Assembly (NCBI GenBank): GCA_048882485.1 | Contig: JBHLRP010000001.1 | Span: 32,001-96,000, forward strand | Direction of reading: 5' to 3' | From: Candidatus Thorarchaeota archaeon | Lineage (GTDB): Archaea; Asgardarchaeota; Thorarchaeia; Thorarchaeales; Thorarchaeaceae | DNA: 64,000 bases | Shown: positions 40,201 to 49,665 of the stretch, in pieces | Numbering within the stretch: the stretch's first letter is position 1 | Layout of the letters: every line of letters begins with the position of its first letter | Notes under the pieces: generated by a model | Database searches by the model: none | What the model saw: only the letters and a program-made list of their open reading frames with translations | Told to the model about the DNA's origin: nothing | Translations under genes and position numbers: made by a program

Positions 40201-42141
40201 ATGACACTGAAGCCAAAGCTAGTGACGGAACTCGCTGAGGTCTATGAAGACCGCGTGATCACAGAGAAGCATGAGCTCGTAATCCATGGCATGGATGTTG
40301 GTTCTTTGCCCAAACAAGTGGGCTGGTTGATGAACGTCAAGCCTGACGCGATTGTGCAACCCACAACCCCTGAAGAGATTAAGTACCTGTACGAGTTTGC
40401 AAACAAGTACAAGGTGCCTCTTGTGCCCCGGGGCGCCGGAACCTCAGGCTATGGTGGTGCTATTCCTCGTAAGGGTGGCATCATTGTCGATATGCGCATC
40501 ATGAATAAGATCGTGGAAATTGACGAGGAGAATATGACCGTCACCGTTGAACCCGGACTCTCTTGGGCGAACCTGCAATTCGAGCTAAACCGCAAGAACT
40601 TCGATTTGCGCTGCTATCCCTCCTCTGGACTCTCAGCAACCATCGGTGGATGGGTTGCACAGGGCGGCGATGGAATTGGCTCTCTCAAATATGGAAACAT
40701 CAACAAGAACGTTGTCGCTTTTGAGGTAGTCTTGCCTAATGGCAAGGTCGTCAAGAGCAAGGACTGTGACCTGTTCTGCGACACCGAGGGCATACTCGGA
40801 ATAATCACAAAGGTCACCCTGAAGATTAAGCCTCTCACACCGATTAAGGTAATTGTGTCAAGTTTCCCTGAGAATTATCTGATGGTCCATGCCATTGAGA
40901 AGATACTCGAAGATGGCCCTCTTCCATTCACGATTAAGTTTGAAGAGTCCAAATACACTGACTTGAAGAAGAAGATCTGGGACAGTGAAGAGAGGTTCCC
41001 ATTCCCTGTTCATCACGGCAGCATTATGGTTGCATACGATGGAGATGAAGAGGAGATTGCAGAAGGCTTCAGAGTTGTTGAAGAAGTCACGGAGATGTAC
41101 AAGGGAACTGTCTACGATGAGCATGTCGCTGCTCACGAGTGGCATGACCGCTTCTATCCAATGCGAGTCAAGAAGGCTGGTCCCACCCTCGTCGTTGGCC
41201 AAGCATTTGCTCCCCTCGAGAACCTCACAGCAATACTGGATGATTGGCAATTTGAACAGGGATCTGCGCAAGCTGGCATTGACGGCTATGTTAACTCACC
41301 AAATGCCGTCACTATGATGGGCTATTTCCTCGAAGATGAGCGCCGTAGGTTCTTCATGTTATCATGGGCTCAGAGCTTTGTTGTTTTCAAGATTGCACAA
41401 AGGCACGGCGGCCACGCACACTCAACGGGAATCTGGTTTGCTAACCAAGCTAGTCAATACTTTGGAAAACAGCGATTGGCAAAGATTCGTGCAGCCAAGC
41501 TCAAGTACGACAAAAAGGAGATATCAAACCCTGGGAAAGTGTTCGCCTACTGGCTACCCCTCATTCTCAAGTTTGGTAAGTATTTCCTATGGATATTCTA
41601 TGACCTATTCAGGAATGGATTTGGCAGAATCGCTCCAATACTTCTAAAGTGGCTCCAGAACCTCCCACCACTCAAGTGGATGCTGCGGTGGGGCCGAGCG
41701 CATAGTCCCTGGCCAGTGCAATATGGATTAGGATGTTGCATGGTCGATGGTGCAGCTGGAATCGCGTCACGATGGGACTTTGAACGATTCGGGATGCTCC
41801 CGCTCTTTGGGCCGAGACAGTGTGATGTGCTATGGATATCTGGGTCTCTAACAAAGAAGATGGCTCCGCGACTGCGAAGAGTCTATGAGATGATGCCAGA
41901 CCCCAAGTTCGTCATCGCCTTCGGACAGTGTGCAGCCAGTGGGGGAGTCTTTTGGGACGGATACTCCTTGCAGGTACCACCTGAGTCTGTAGTCCCTGTC
42001 GACGTTTACCTGCCCGGCTGTCCTCCGAAGCCATCTGACTTCATCAGGGCTCATCTGATACTTCAGAACAAGATTCGTGCAGGCACGACACACTGGCAGC
42101 TGAAGTATGAGAACCAGGACGCAATGGGGATGATCCAATGA
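40201..42141 (+). CDS. nuoB: Fusion of FAD-linked oxidoreductase (copy 5) and complex I subunit NuoB
   Basis: N-terminal LVPRGAGTSGYGG, YPSSGLSATIGGWV, WHDRFYP, NPGK; C-terminal SPWPVQYGLGCC, PRQCD, FGQCAASGG, VDVYLPGCPP; no internal stop. Confidence 0.92.
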   Translation: MTLKPKLVTELAEVYEDRVITEKHELVIHGMDVGSLPKQVGWLMNVKPDAIVQPTTPEEIKYLYEFANKYKVPLVPRGAGTSGYGGAIPRKGGIIVDMRIMNKIVEIDEENMTVTVEPGLSWANLQFELNRKNFDLRCYPSSGLSATIGGWVAQGGDGIGSLKYGNINKNVVAFEVVLPNGKVVKSKDCDLFCDTEGILGIITKVTLKIKPLTPIKVIVSSFPENYLMVHAIEKILEDGPLPFTIKFEESKYTDLKKKIWDSEERFPFPVHHGSIMVAYDGDEEEIAEGFRVVEEVTEMYKGTVYDEHVAAHEWHDRFYPMRVKKAGPTLVVGQAFAPLENLTAILDDWQFEQGSAQAGIDGYVNSPNAVTMMGYFLEDERRRFFMLSWAQSFVVFKIAQRHGGHAHSTGIWFANQASQYFGKQRLAKIRAAKLKYDKKEISNPGKVFAYWLPLILKFGKYFLWIFYDLFRNGFGRIAPILLKWLQNLPPLKWMLRWGRAHSPWPVQYGLGCCMVDGAAGIASRWDFERFGMLPLFGPRQCDVLWISGSLTKKMAPRLRRVYEMMPDPKFVIAFGQCAASGGVFWDGYSLQVPPESVVPVDVYLPGCPPKPSDFIRAHLILQNKIRAGTTHWQLKYENQDAMGMIQ

Positions 42142-42671
42142 AATTGCGTGAAGACAGTGACCAGTACTGCATGCTGCTGATTGGCACAATTATTCTGAGT
42201 GCTTATGTCTTCGACCTCCTGCTAGCTTCCATTGCAGATACTGCAATGGCGCTGCACTTCCCATTCATGGCTGGCGGTCCGCTGATAATGGTGTTCTTTC
42301 TCGTTGGATACTTCAGGCCGAAGCGAGGCAGGATAAAGGTCAACATGCTCTCGATGGCAATTGTCATTGGAGTTCTCTACACAATCTACGCCTTGGTCTA
42401 CTTTGGCAGTGACATCATCTATGCATCCTGGGGAATGGGCGGCGCAATCCTTCTCGCAGGTGGCTTCTCAATGCTGGATCCAATGGAGGTAAGCGTGACT
42501 CCAGGAATTATGGAAGTCAGCGACTACAAATACAAGCCGCTACCAGAGCCTGAGCCCGTGGGAGAAGAAGCCAGCGAAGGTGAAGCTGAGTCAGAAGCGG
42601 CACCTGAACCAGAATCTAGTGACGCAGCTGAGGAATCAACTGAATCACCCGAGGAAGCTCCAACTGAATAG
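42138..42671 (+). CDS. Hypothetical 4-TM membrane protein with Glu/Pro-rich tail
   Basis: ATGA overlap with the nuoB fusion; hydrophobic segments; acidic tail. Confidence 0.7.
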   Translation: MKLREDSDQYCMLLIGTIILSAYVFDLLLASIADTAMALHFPFMAGGPLIMVFFLVGYFRPKRGRIKVNMLSMAIVIGVLYTIYALVYFGSDIIYASWGMGGAILLAGGFSMLDPMEVSVTPGIMEVSDYKYKPLPEPEPVGEEASEGEAESEAAPEPESSDAAEESTESPEEAPTE

Positions 42672-42760
42672 GGGATCAACTCAGCGTCTACAATTCTCAA
42701 ATGTCTAGTTATGTCTAGTTCATTCTAAAATGGGAAGGCTTGCGATGAGAGCATGGGCTC

Positions 42761-43120
42761 TCATTCACGAAGCCAAGCAAACGCAGCAAAGGCTAGAAGC
42801 AGACCAAAGGCAACCCATGCAAAGAGGAGAATACCTGCTAGGTCCGTGTACTGAGTTATATCCAAATAGGCATGTACGCCACCGAAGATACCGGAAGCCA
42901 TCGTGGCACCTATTCGTCCATTGCGTGTTGCTGCATATGCAATACTAAGAGTCGCTACTACGAAGAACAGCCCACTCAAGAAGATGAAGTATTGGAAGTT
43001 GAGATCTATCGGTGCCACAGTCAAGATGATCCAGAAGTATGCTCCAATGAATCCCATTCCGATTAGAAGCGCGAGGTAATAGAAGAATGTACCCTCTTCT
43101 TTGTATGACAATTGTATCAC
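42761..43120 (-). CDS. Hypothetical 4-TM membrane protein
   Basis: Four hydrophobic segments; upstream TATA-like tttaa. Confidence 0.65.
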   Translation of the reverse strand: MIQLSYKEEGTFFYYLALLIGMGFIGAYFWIILTVAPIDLNFQYFIFLSGLFFVVATLSIAYAATRNGRIGATMASGIFGGVHAYLDITQYTDLAGILLFAWVAFGLLLAFAAFAWLRE

Positions 43121-43454
43121 CTGTACCTTGTCGGTAAACTGTTTCCATCTGGAATATGTGCTCTATTTAAGCCCTTTGAGGGAAACTGGTCGAAGCCTTT
43201 TTATCATGCTACTTTGTACGCCGACCTCCGCAGCACAAGGTAGTCCACACCCTAAGGCAACCAGCCTTAATGGTTTTGGACATTATCTTGGCTGTCGTGT
43301 ACACGATTGGACCTGGAATACGTCACCTAAGAAGGGTTGGAGCTTGACTGCTATGGACAAAGGATTCCGGAAGAATGTGTTTGGAATGGTTCCATTCATT
43401 CTAGGTGGCTCGAAGGTTTTTCATTCTAGAACGGACCTAGGAGGGTCTTGAGGA

Positions 43455-43913
43455 TTGCAGACAGATAGGCTGTTTCTCCAATTCATCCCAGTCTTAGTGT
43501 GGGCCATTCTTGTAATTGTCCTAATTGTGATCATGCTGTTGGCATCATGGGTTCTGCGGCCCCATATACTGCAGAACTCTGAGAAGACATCTACATATGA
43601 ATGTGGAGAGGAGCCAATAGGGCCAGCAAGAATGTCATTTCCCTATAGTTACATCATCTACACAGTTCTCTTCGTCATCATAGATGTAATGGGCGCATTT
43701 CTCTGGCTGCTTTCTGTATCCCCGCTACGGTTGAACCCAGTAGTCGCTTGGCAGACATTCATCTTTGTAGTGATTATCATGGGTGCAATTGGATACGCAA
43801 TGAGATATCTGCCTCAAGCCTCACTTGATGGTAAGGAAACTCTGGAGGCATATCGCGCTGCGAAAGCGAGACATCTTGAGAAACCACGCCACCCAGGGAG
43901 GGAGCATAACTAA
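43455..43913 (+). CDS. nuoA: Complex I-like subunit A
   Basis: KTSTYECGEEP, LFVIIDV; RBS ggagg; TTG start. Confidence 0.92.
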   Translation: MQTDRLFLQFIPVLVWAILVIVLIVIMLLASWVLRPHILQNSEKTSTYECGEEPIGPARMSFPYSYIIYTVLFVIIDVMGAFLWLLSVSPLRLNPVVAWQTFIFVVIIMGAIGYAMRYLPQASLDGKETLEAYRAAKARHLEKPRHPGREHN

Positions 43914-44587
43914 TGCAAGGATTTGAGTCCACTTTCGAGTCAGTGGAGTTTCTGTTGATTGCAGGAATTGTAATTGTTCTAGCTTACCTCGCTCTGGAAC
44001 ATAGAGAGATCGTCTATGCTGCATTCTTCTTTGGATTCATGGCGTCGTTTGTAGCAGGATTCTTCCTTTTGTTGGAAGCGCCTTTTGTTGCTGGTATGCA
44101 GATTGCGGTGTATACTGGAGGCATAAGTGCGTTGATCATATTTGGTGTGCTCCTACTACCAAGAGCACAAGACTCCACACTCGAGTCAATTGAGTCGCCC
44201 CGTGCAAAGAAGGTTGGCATCCTTGTATCTAGCTCCATAATGTTTCTCTCTGCAATTCTAGCTCTGACCTTCCCATGGAGTGAAACAATTCCAGAAGGCA
44301 CAATAGACGCTTCAAACAACGTTGCTCTTCTCGCTGAGTGGCTCTGGGGTGATCACGGAATCTACGTTCAGATCATTGCACTCATCATTGTGACATCTCT
44401 CGTGGGTGTCATCGTACTCATGAAGATGGATAAGGCAGAACTGATGAAGGGTATAGTTGCTGAGTTTGGCATCGAAGCAGCACCAGAACCTAAAGAGCCT
44501 GAGCCTGAGCCAGAAGAGTCTCCGGAGCCTGAGGAGACCCCGGAAGTAACTCCTGAGGCGGAAGTCAGTGAGGAGGTGACTGACTAA
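43913..44587 (+). CDS. nuoJ: Complex I-like subunit J
   Basis: LLEAPFVAGMQIAVYTGGISALIIFGV; acidic tail. Confidence 0.9.
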   Translation: MQGFESTFESVEFLLIAGIVIVLAYLALEHREIVYAAFFFGFMASFVAGFFLLLEAPFVAGMQIAVYTGGISALIIFGVLLLPRAQDSTLESIESPRAKKVGILVSSSIMFLSAILALTFPWSETIPEGTIDASNNVALLAEWLWGDHGIYVQIIALIIVTSLVGVIVLMKMDKAELMKGIVAEFGIEAAPEPKEPEPEPEESPEPEETPEVTPEAEVSEEVTD

Positions 44588-44907
44588 TGGTCCCGCTTTC
44601 TTGGTATCTTGCTGTTGCATTCATCCTAATTGGCCTAGGAGCCTATGGAATGATGGTGAAGAGGAACCTCATTAGAATCCTGATCGGGGCGGAAATTATG
44701 GGGAACGGAGTTAGCATCGCTATAGCTGCTTTTGCGGTCTACAGCCCTACCTTTACGCTGACAGGACAGGCTCTCATCATTCTCATGATATCAGTTGCCG
44801 CAGCTCACACTGCTTTAGCCTTGGTTTTGATGCTTGCTTACAATAGGCGGCATGGAACAGTGGACCTGGGAAGACCAATCTCACAGGAGGATAAGATCGA
44901 TGTCTGA
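44587..44907 (+). CDS. nuoK: Complex I-like subunit K
   Basis: KRNLIRILIGAEIMGNG, GQ....VAAAH. Confidence 0.92.
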   Translation: MVPLSWYLAVAFILIGLGAYGMMVKRNLIRILIGAEIMGNGVSIAIAAFAVYSPTFTLTGQALIILMISVAAAHTALALVLMLAYNRRHGTVDLGRPISQEDKIDV

Positions 44908-45421
44908 AGGTGCTCCGATGTCTGGTGCCACATTTGGTAGGCAGATTGTCAGCAAGTTTCCTGGTGTTGAATGTACTCCAAAGGAAGATGGTATCCTTGA
45001 GTGCATGGTACCAGCGGACAAAATCAGAGATGTTGTTGGGATGATTGACGAGCAGATTGATGATGCATTTCCAGAGAGCGTTTTTGGAGTTGACCTTCAA
45101 GAAGACAAGTATGAGGTCATCTACATTTTCTGGTCGCGAGCCAATAGAACTCAATATCACCTTCGAGTTTCACTTGAGGGTACCAATCCCGAGGTGGATA
45201 CAATCTGTGATATTTTCCCAGGCATGGAGTGGCATGAGAGAGAAACCTGGGAGATGTTTGGAATCACCTTCAAAGGACATCCTGACCTCCGGCTTTTGTT
45301 GCTTCCTGAGGAGCTCGAAGGGAAATATCCTCTGAGGAAGAGCTTCGTGACAGATAGGGCACGGCTCGAGGAGGCCGACAGAACGCCTCCAAAGACGCCA
45401 GAAGGAGGTGCGACTGAATGA
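44900..45421 (+). CDS. nuoC: Complex I-like subunit C
   Basis: WHERETWEMFGITFKGHPDLRLLLLP...PLRK; start 44900 after ggagg. Confidence 0.93.
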   Translation: MSEGAPMSGATFGRQIVSKFPGVECTPKEDGILECMVPADKIRDVVGMIDEQIDDAFPESVFGVDLQEDKYEVIYIFWSRANRTQYHLRVSLEGTNPEVDTICDIFPGMEWHERETWEMFGITFKGHPDLRLLLLPEELEGKYPLRKSFVTDRARLEEADRTPPKTPEGGATE

Positions 45422-46554
45422 GCCCTGACATTCTAGACGAAACAACCGAGGTCTGGTTCGGACCTCAGCACGTATCCGCACACGGATGGGCAGCTAGGCT
45501 TACACTCGTTGGAGACTTTGTAGTAGAATGCGATCCTAACGCAGGATATTTCCATCGATCAGCTGAGAAGTGCTTGGAGTTCAGGAACTTTAGGCAAGGG
45601 TCTCTCATCATGGAACGGCTCTGCATGCTTGAGGCATTTCTGGCTGAGTATCCTTACATCATGGCGGTTGAGAAGATTGCAGGACTAGAGGTACCTGAAC
45701 GAGCTAAGGTCATGCGAACCATCATGATGGAGGCTAGCCGAATACATTCATTGCAGTTCTGGTGGGGTCAGTTCTCAGCTGAACTTGGGCTTTTTGCGAT
45801 GTTGCTATGGCCCTGGGTCGACCGAGAGTTCTTCCTCGATACTTTCGAGGAACTCAGCGGGTCCCGTCATGCTGTCTCCTATAGTACACCCGGCGGTGTG
45901 AAGTACGACTTCACAGACAAGGTGCTCAAGAAGCTCGACATTGCCTTGGAGCGGTTTGAAGACCGAATGCCTACAATGCGTGATATGCTCATGGGCAGTC
46001 CCACTTTCCGAGCAAGGACAGAGAGCATTGGTCAATACACCTTGAAGCAAGGTCTGAAGTTTGGTCTAAGCGGTCCGCCAATCAAGGCATGTGGTCTGCC
46101 AATGGATCTACGAAAAGATGCCCCTGACCCGAATCTTGCCTACGATATGATTGATTGGGAAGTTCCAATTACTGAGAGCGAAGAACACCCCGGAGAGAGT
46201 GATGCCTACGACAGAATGGTCCAGCGATTCAAGGAGATGGAGACCTCAGTAGAGATAATTCGGAAATTGCTACCTTTAGTTCCTGACGGCCCCATTGTTG
46301 ATCCTAAGGCTCGAGCCAAGGCCAATAGGCTTCCAGAGGGTGAAGCCTACGGCCGTGTTGAGGGGACAAGAGGAATCTCAACCCTCTGGCTTAAGACTAC
46401 TGAAAAGGCGCAGACTCCTTACAGGGCCAAGATACGTGGTCCCTGTTTCAATTCTTACTACTCACTGAAGCATTTGGTTCCGGGTGCGAAGTTTGCAGAC
46501 TTCATTGTCGTTTTCGGATCGCTTGATCCGTATCCAGGGTGGTGGGATCGCTGA
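45418..46554 (+). CDS. nuoD: Complex I-like subunit D (no [NiFe] ligand set)
   Basis: FGPQHVSAHG, GYFHRSAEK, ERLCMLE, VEGTRG, PYRAKIR, SLDPYPGWWDR. Confidence 0.92.
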   Translation: MSPDILDETTEVWFGPQHVSAHGWAARLTLVGDFVVECDPNAGYFHRSAEKCLEFRNFRQGSLIMERLCMLEAFLAEYPYIMAVEKIAGLEVPERAKVMRTIMMEASRIHSLQFWWGQFSAELGLFAMLLWPWVDREFFLDTFEELSGSRHAVSYSTPGGVKYDFTDKVLKKLDIALERFEDRMPTMRDMLMGSPTFRARTESIGQYTLKQGLKFGLSGPPIKACGLPMDLRKDAPDPNLAYDMIDWEVPITESEEHPGESDAYDRMVQRFKEMETSVEIIRKLLPLVPDGPIVDPKARAKANRLPEGEAYGRVEGTRGISTLWLKTTEKAQTPYRAKIRGPCFNSYYSLKHLVPGAKFADFIVVFGSLDPYPGWWDR

Positions 46555-46565
46555 TGGGAGGTGTC

Positions 46566-47699
46566 ATGTTGCAGATAGATTTCTTTGCATGGCTTCAAGG
46601 AATCCCTCAATGGCTATATGGAGTCATTCAGTGGTTGTTCGACATTGTCAGTGGAATCTTCTACTGGATATGGGGCATCTTCACATGGATTTGGGCAGCT
46701 CTATTCGATGTAGCCAACTTCTTCTTCCTAATTCGAGCAGTGCTATTCCCAGGTCTTGTCTTCATTCTCATGACAATCATCTTTGCTGTTTGGTATACGC
46801 GCAAGCTCTGGGGCAGAATTCAAGACAGGCGTGGTCCATTTCACTTGGGTAAGTACGGAGGACTTCAACTCTTCGCTGATGCGATTAAGCTCGTAGGAAA
46901 GGAAACCATAATCCCTGACAAGGCGAAACGCTGGATGTATCGGTTCCTTCCATCACTATTGCTGTTGGTTGTCTTAATCCCATTTGCGTTCATCCCATGG
47001 GATCCAATTTGGTACATTGCTGATTTATCGGTCGGTCTAGTGCTAGTCTTCGCATTTCTAACTGCAGTGCCCATAGTAGCATTGCTATCTGGTTGGATAA
47101 GTGGGTCCAAGTATACACTCATAGGTGGTTTCAGAGCAGCTAATAATCAGTTTGCTTGTGAGATTCCATTAATCATCTCATCAGTAGGCCCGGCGATGCT
47201 GGCTGGTTCTTTGAGTGTGATGGGAATCGCAATGGCTCAAACAAATGTCTGGTTCATATTCCTTCTACCAATCAATGTAGCCACATTCCTTGTGGCCGCG
47301 ATAGGCTCTGTGGGAACCTTTCCATTTGATGCTCCTGTGGCTGACTCGGAGGTTATCTTTGGCTGGAGGACAGAGTTCAGTGGCATCTACTTCACACTAA
47401 CCTATTTCGCAGAGTTTGCTGAGCAGGCTCTCTATTCAGCACTCATTGTTGCACTGTTCCTTGGTGGGTTCCATGGACCGGCTTTCTTGCCAGGAAGCGT
47501 GATATTCATCATCAAGTTCCTGATAGTATTCTTCTTCTTCGTCGTTGTGACGTCATCGTTCCATCGGCTAAGACAAGACCAGATTGTGTACTTCTGCTGG
47601 AAGTATCTACTTCCATTGTCAATACTGAATGTTGTGCTTGTGATGTTGGGAATAGCCAACATCCCCTTGCTACAAGCAGTTCTTGGAATAGGAGGGTAG
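46566..47699 (+). CDS. nuoH: Complex I-like subunit H
   Basis: RKLWGRIQDRRGP, GGLQLFADAIKL.GKE, SKYTLIGGFR, PFDAPVADSE, EFSG; start after ggaggtg. Confidence 0.93.
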   Translation: MLQIDFFAWLQGIPQWLYGVIQWLFDIVSGIFYWIWGIFTWIWAALFDVANFFFLIRAVLFPGLVFILMTIIFAVWYTRKLWGRIQDRRGPFHLGKYGGLQLFADAIKLVGKETIIPDKAKRWMYRFLPSLLLLVVLIPFAFIPWDPIWYIADLSVGLVLVFAFLTAVPIVALLSGWISGSKYTLIGGFRAANNQFACEIPLIISSVGPAMLAGSLSVMGIAMAQTNVWFIFLLPINVATFLVAAIGSVGTFPFDAPVADSEVIFGWRTEFSGIYFTLTYFAEFAEQALYSALIVALFLGGFHGPAFLPGSVIFIIKFLIVFFFFVVVTSSFHRLRQDQIVYFCWKYLLPLSILNVVLVMLGIANIPLLQAVLGIGG

Positions 47700-47705
47700 A
47701 GCAAG

Positions 47706-48137
47706 ATGGGATTCTTCAGAAATCTAGGTGACATATTCCAGATATTGAGACACGTATTCCGTCAGGTGATGTCCCGTCCATTCACGTACTTCTATCCATT
47801 TGAGGACAGGGAATATCCAGAGAGGACTCGTGGAAGGCATATCTTTGTGCGTGAGAATTGCACATCATGCATGCAGTGTGTGCGGGCTTGTCCTGTTGTC
47901 GCTATTAGCATCGATAAGAGTGACAAGCATTTCGAGAAAGACGCCGCTCTATACTTTGACTATACGCGGTGCATATTCTGTGGACTATGCGTTCAAGCCT
48001 GCAGGTTTGATGCTTTGTTTCACACTCAGGTTGTTGATATCAGCGAAGGAGAGAGGGAGGACTTGCTCTATGGTCCTGACAAGATAGAAACTCTCGATCG
48101 AGACCCGCTTGAGTGGCGTGGAAGGAGGTTCCGTTGA
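47706..48137 (+). CDS. nuoI: Complex I-like subunit I (2x[4Fe-4S])
   Basis: YPFE..RGRH, CTSCMQCVRACP, CIFCGLCVQAC. Confidence 0.95.
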   Translation: MGFFRNLGDIFQILRHVFRQVMSRPFTYFYPFEDREYPERTRGRHIFVRENCTSCMQCVRACPVVAISIDKSDKHFEKDAALYFDYTRCIFCGLCVQACRFDALFHTQVVDISEGEREDLLYGPDKIETLDRDPLEWRGRRFR

Positions 48138-49654
48138 TGCAACTAGCCTTCGAGTTCCCATTCATGACCTTGTCCTTGCTAGTCCTCTTCATTGGAGGGC
48201 TCTTGATCTACCTCCTTCGCGGTCGACTCGAAAAGACATCAGGGAAAATTGCTGTTGGCTTCTCGGCGGTAAGCGCATTGCTAATGGTGCCTCCCTTCTA
48301 TCGTATCATGGTTGAAGGTGGTCGGGCTGCTGAGAAGGTCAGCTGGTCAGTTGTACTTGGAGAGTTTGGTCTCTACCTAGATGAGATTGCTTTTCCAATT
48401 ACATTCGCAGTTGTTGTCCTAGGATTCCTTTCGGTTATCTATGCTGTAGGCTATACTGAGCATACTGAGAATAAGCCCACTTTCTTTGCAAACACATTGT
48501 TCTTCATCATGGGCATGCAAGGCGTGACGCTTGCAACCAATTTGCTGGAATTCTTCATCTTTTGGGAGATCATGCTTGTCCCATCGTACTTCCTAATTCT
48601 GTTTTGGGGCTTGCCTGAAACCCGAAAACGAACTGCCATCAAGTTTTGGCTCTATACACAGGCTGGAGCGGTCTGTATTTTGATCGCCCTAGGTCTCTTG
48701 TACTTCTTCACAGGCACCTTTGAGCTCTACACAATTCTGGCAATGGCTCCTGCCATCTGGTCAGACCTCCGACTGCTGCAGATTATTTTCATCTTGTTCG
48801 CTGCTGGCTTCCTAGTCAAAATGGCGGCCTTCCCTCTGCATTGGTGGTTACCTCCAGTCCACGCCGAAGCTCCGACTCCTATATCGGTTCTGCTATCCGG
48901 AGCCATGATTGAAACCGGTGCTTATGCTCTCGTCCGTTTCGGAATCGTTACGCTTGGACCTGCAGCTGCCTCGCTCTCATTCTGGATTGGAGTACTTGGT
49001 GTTGCCACAATGTTCTACGGAGGAGCTATGGCGCTTGTACAGAAAGACATCAAGAGACTGCTGGCTTACTCATCAGTTTCCCAGATGGGCTATGTCCTCT
49101 TTGCCCTGGGCATGATTACCACATTCGGTGTAGCTGGCGGTCTGTTTCATCTCATCAATCATGCCTTCAGCAAGGGTGTCTTATTTATGACTGCTGGAGC
49201 CGTGATTCATCAGACTCATCTGAGGGATGTTGACAAGATGGGCGGTCTCTCAAACAAGATGCCCATCACTGCATTCGCTGCAGCTATCGGTGCAATGAGC
49301 ATTGCAGGGAGTCCTCCCCTCTCTGGATTCGCTAGTGAATGGATGATGTTTCTAGGGGGCTTTGATGCTGTTCTGATGGGACCAGGAGGTCTCGCCCGAC
49401 CTGAGTTCTTTTTCCTATCCATTTTGGCTGTATCAAGCTCCATTGTGAGTGCGGGCTACATGCTTCGGTATCTTTGGAAAGTCTTCCTTGGACCAAATCC
49501 AACAGAACTGGAGGATGTGAAAGAGAGTTCCAACTGGATGACTGCCCCAATGGTTGTCCTTGGTTTTCTCATAGTGTTGTTTGGAGTATTCCCAGGTTTG
49601 GCACTGGATGTCATTTTACCTGGTGTACAAGAAATAGCTACTCTGCTTCCATGA
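48137..49654 (+). CDS. nuoM: Antiporter-like subunit M, copy 1 (extra)
   Basis: FFIFWEIMLVPSYFLI..WG, KMAAFPLHWWLP.VHAEAPTP.SVLLSG, KRLLAYSSVSQMG. Confidence 0.85.
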   Translation: MQLAFEFPFMTLSLLVLFIGGLLIYLLRGRLEKTSGKIAVGFSAVSALLMVPPFYRIMVEGGRAAEKVSWSVVLGEFGLYLDEIAFPITFAVVVLGFLSVIYAVGYTEHTENKPTFFANTLFFIMGMQGVTLATNLLEFFIFWEIMLVPSYFLILFWGLPETRKRTAIKFWLYTQAGAVCILIALGLLYFFTGTFELYTILAMAPAIWSDLRLLQIIFILFAAGFLVKMAAFPLHWWLPPVHAEAPTPISVLLSGAMIETGAYALVRFGIVTLGPAAASLSFWIGVLGVATMFYGGAMALVQKDIKRLLAYSSVSQMGYVLFALGMITTFGVAGGLFHLINHAFSKGVLFMTAGAVIHQTHLRDVDKMGGLSNKMPITAFAAAIGAMSIAGSPPLSGFASEWMMFLGGFDAVLMGPGGLARPEFFFLSILAVSSSIVSAGYMLRYLWKVFLGPNPTELEDVKESSNWMTAPMVVLGFLIVLFGVFPGLALDVILPGVQEIATLLP

Positions 49655-49665
49655 GGTGATCGACA

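Noticed and set aside
42701-42720. 10-bp tandem duplication atgtctagtt x2
   Set aside because: Only two copies in a short intergenic gap, with no supporting context
43101-43913. Upstream ORF ends in TGA in frame with nuoA (possible selenocysteine readthrough)
   Set aside because: The upstream peptide is not NuoA-like, nuoA has its own ggagg RBS and is full length, and the position is not a conserved Cys
45418-46554. Group 4 [NiFe]-hydrogenase large subunit
   Set aside because: Three of four metal-binding cysteines are absent and there are no hyp genes in the window
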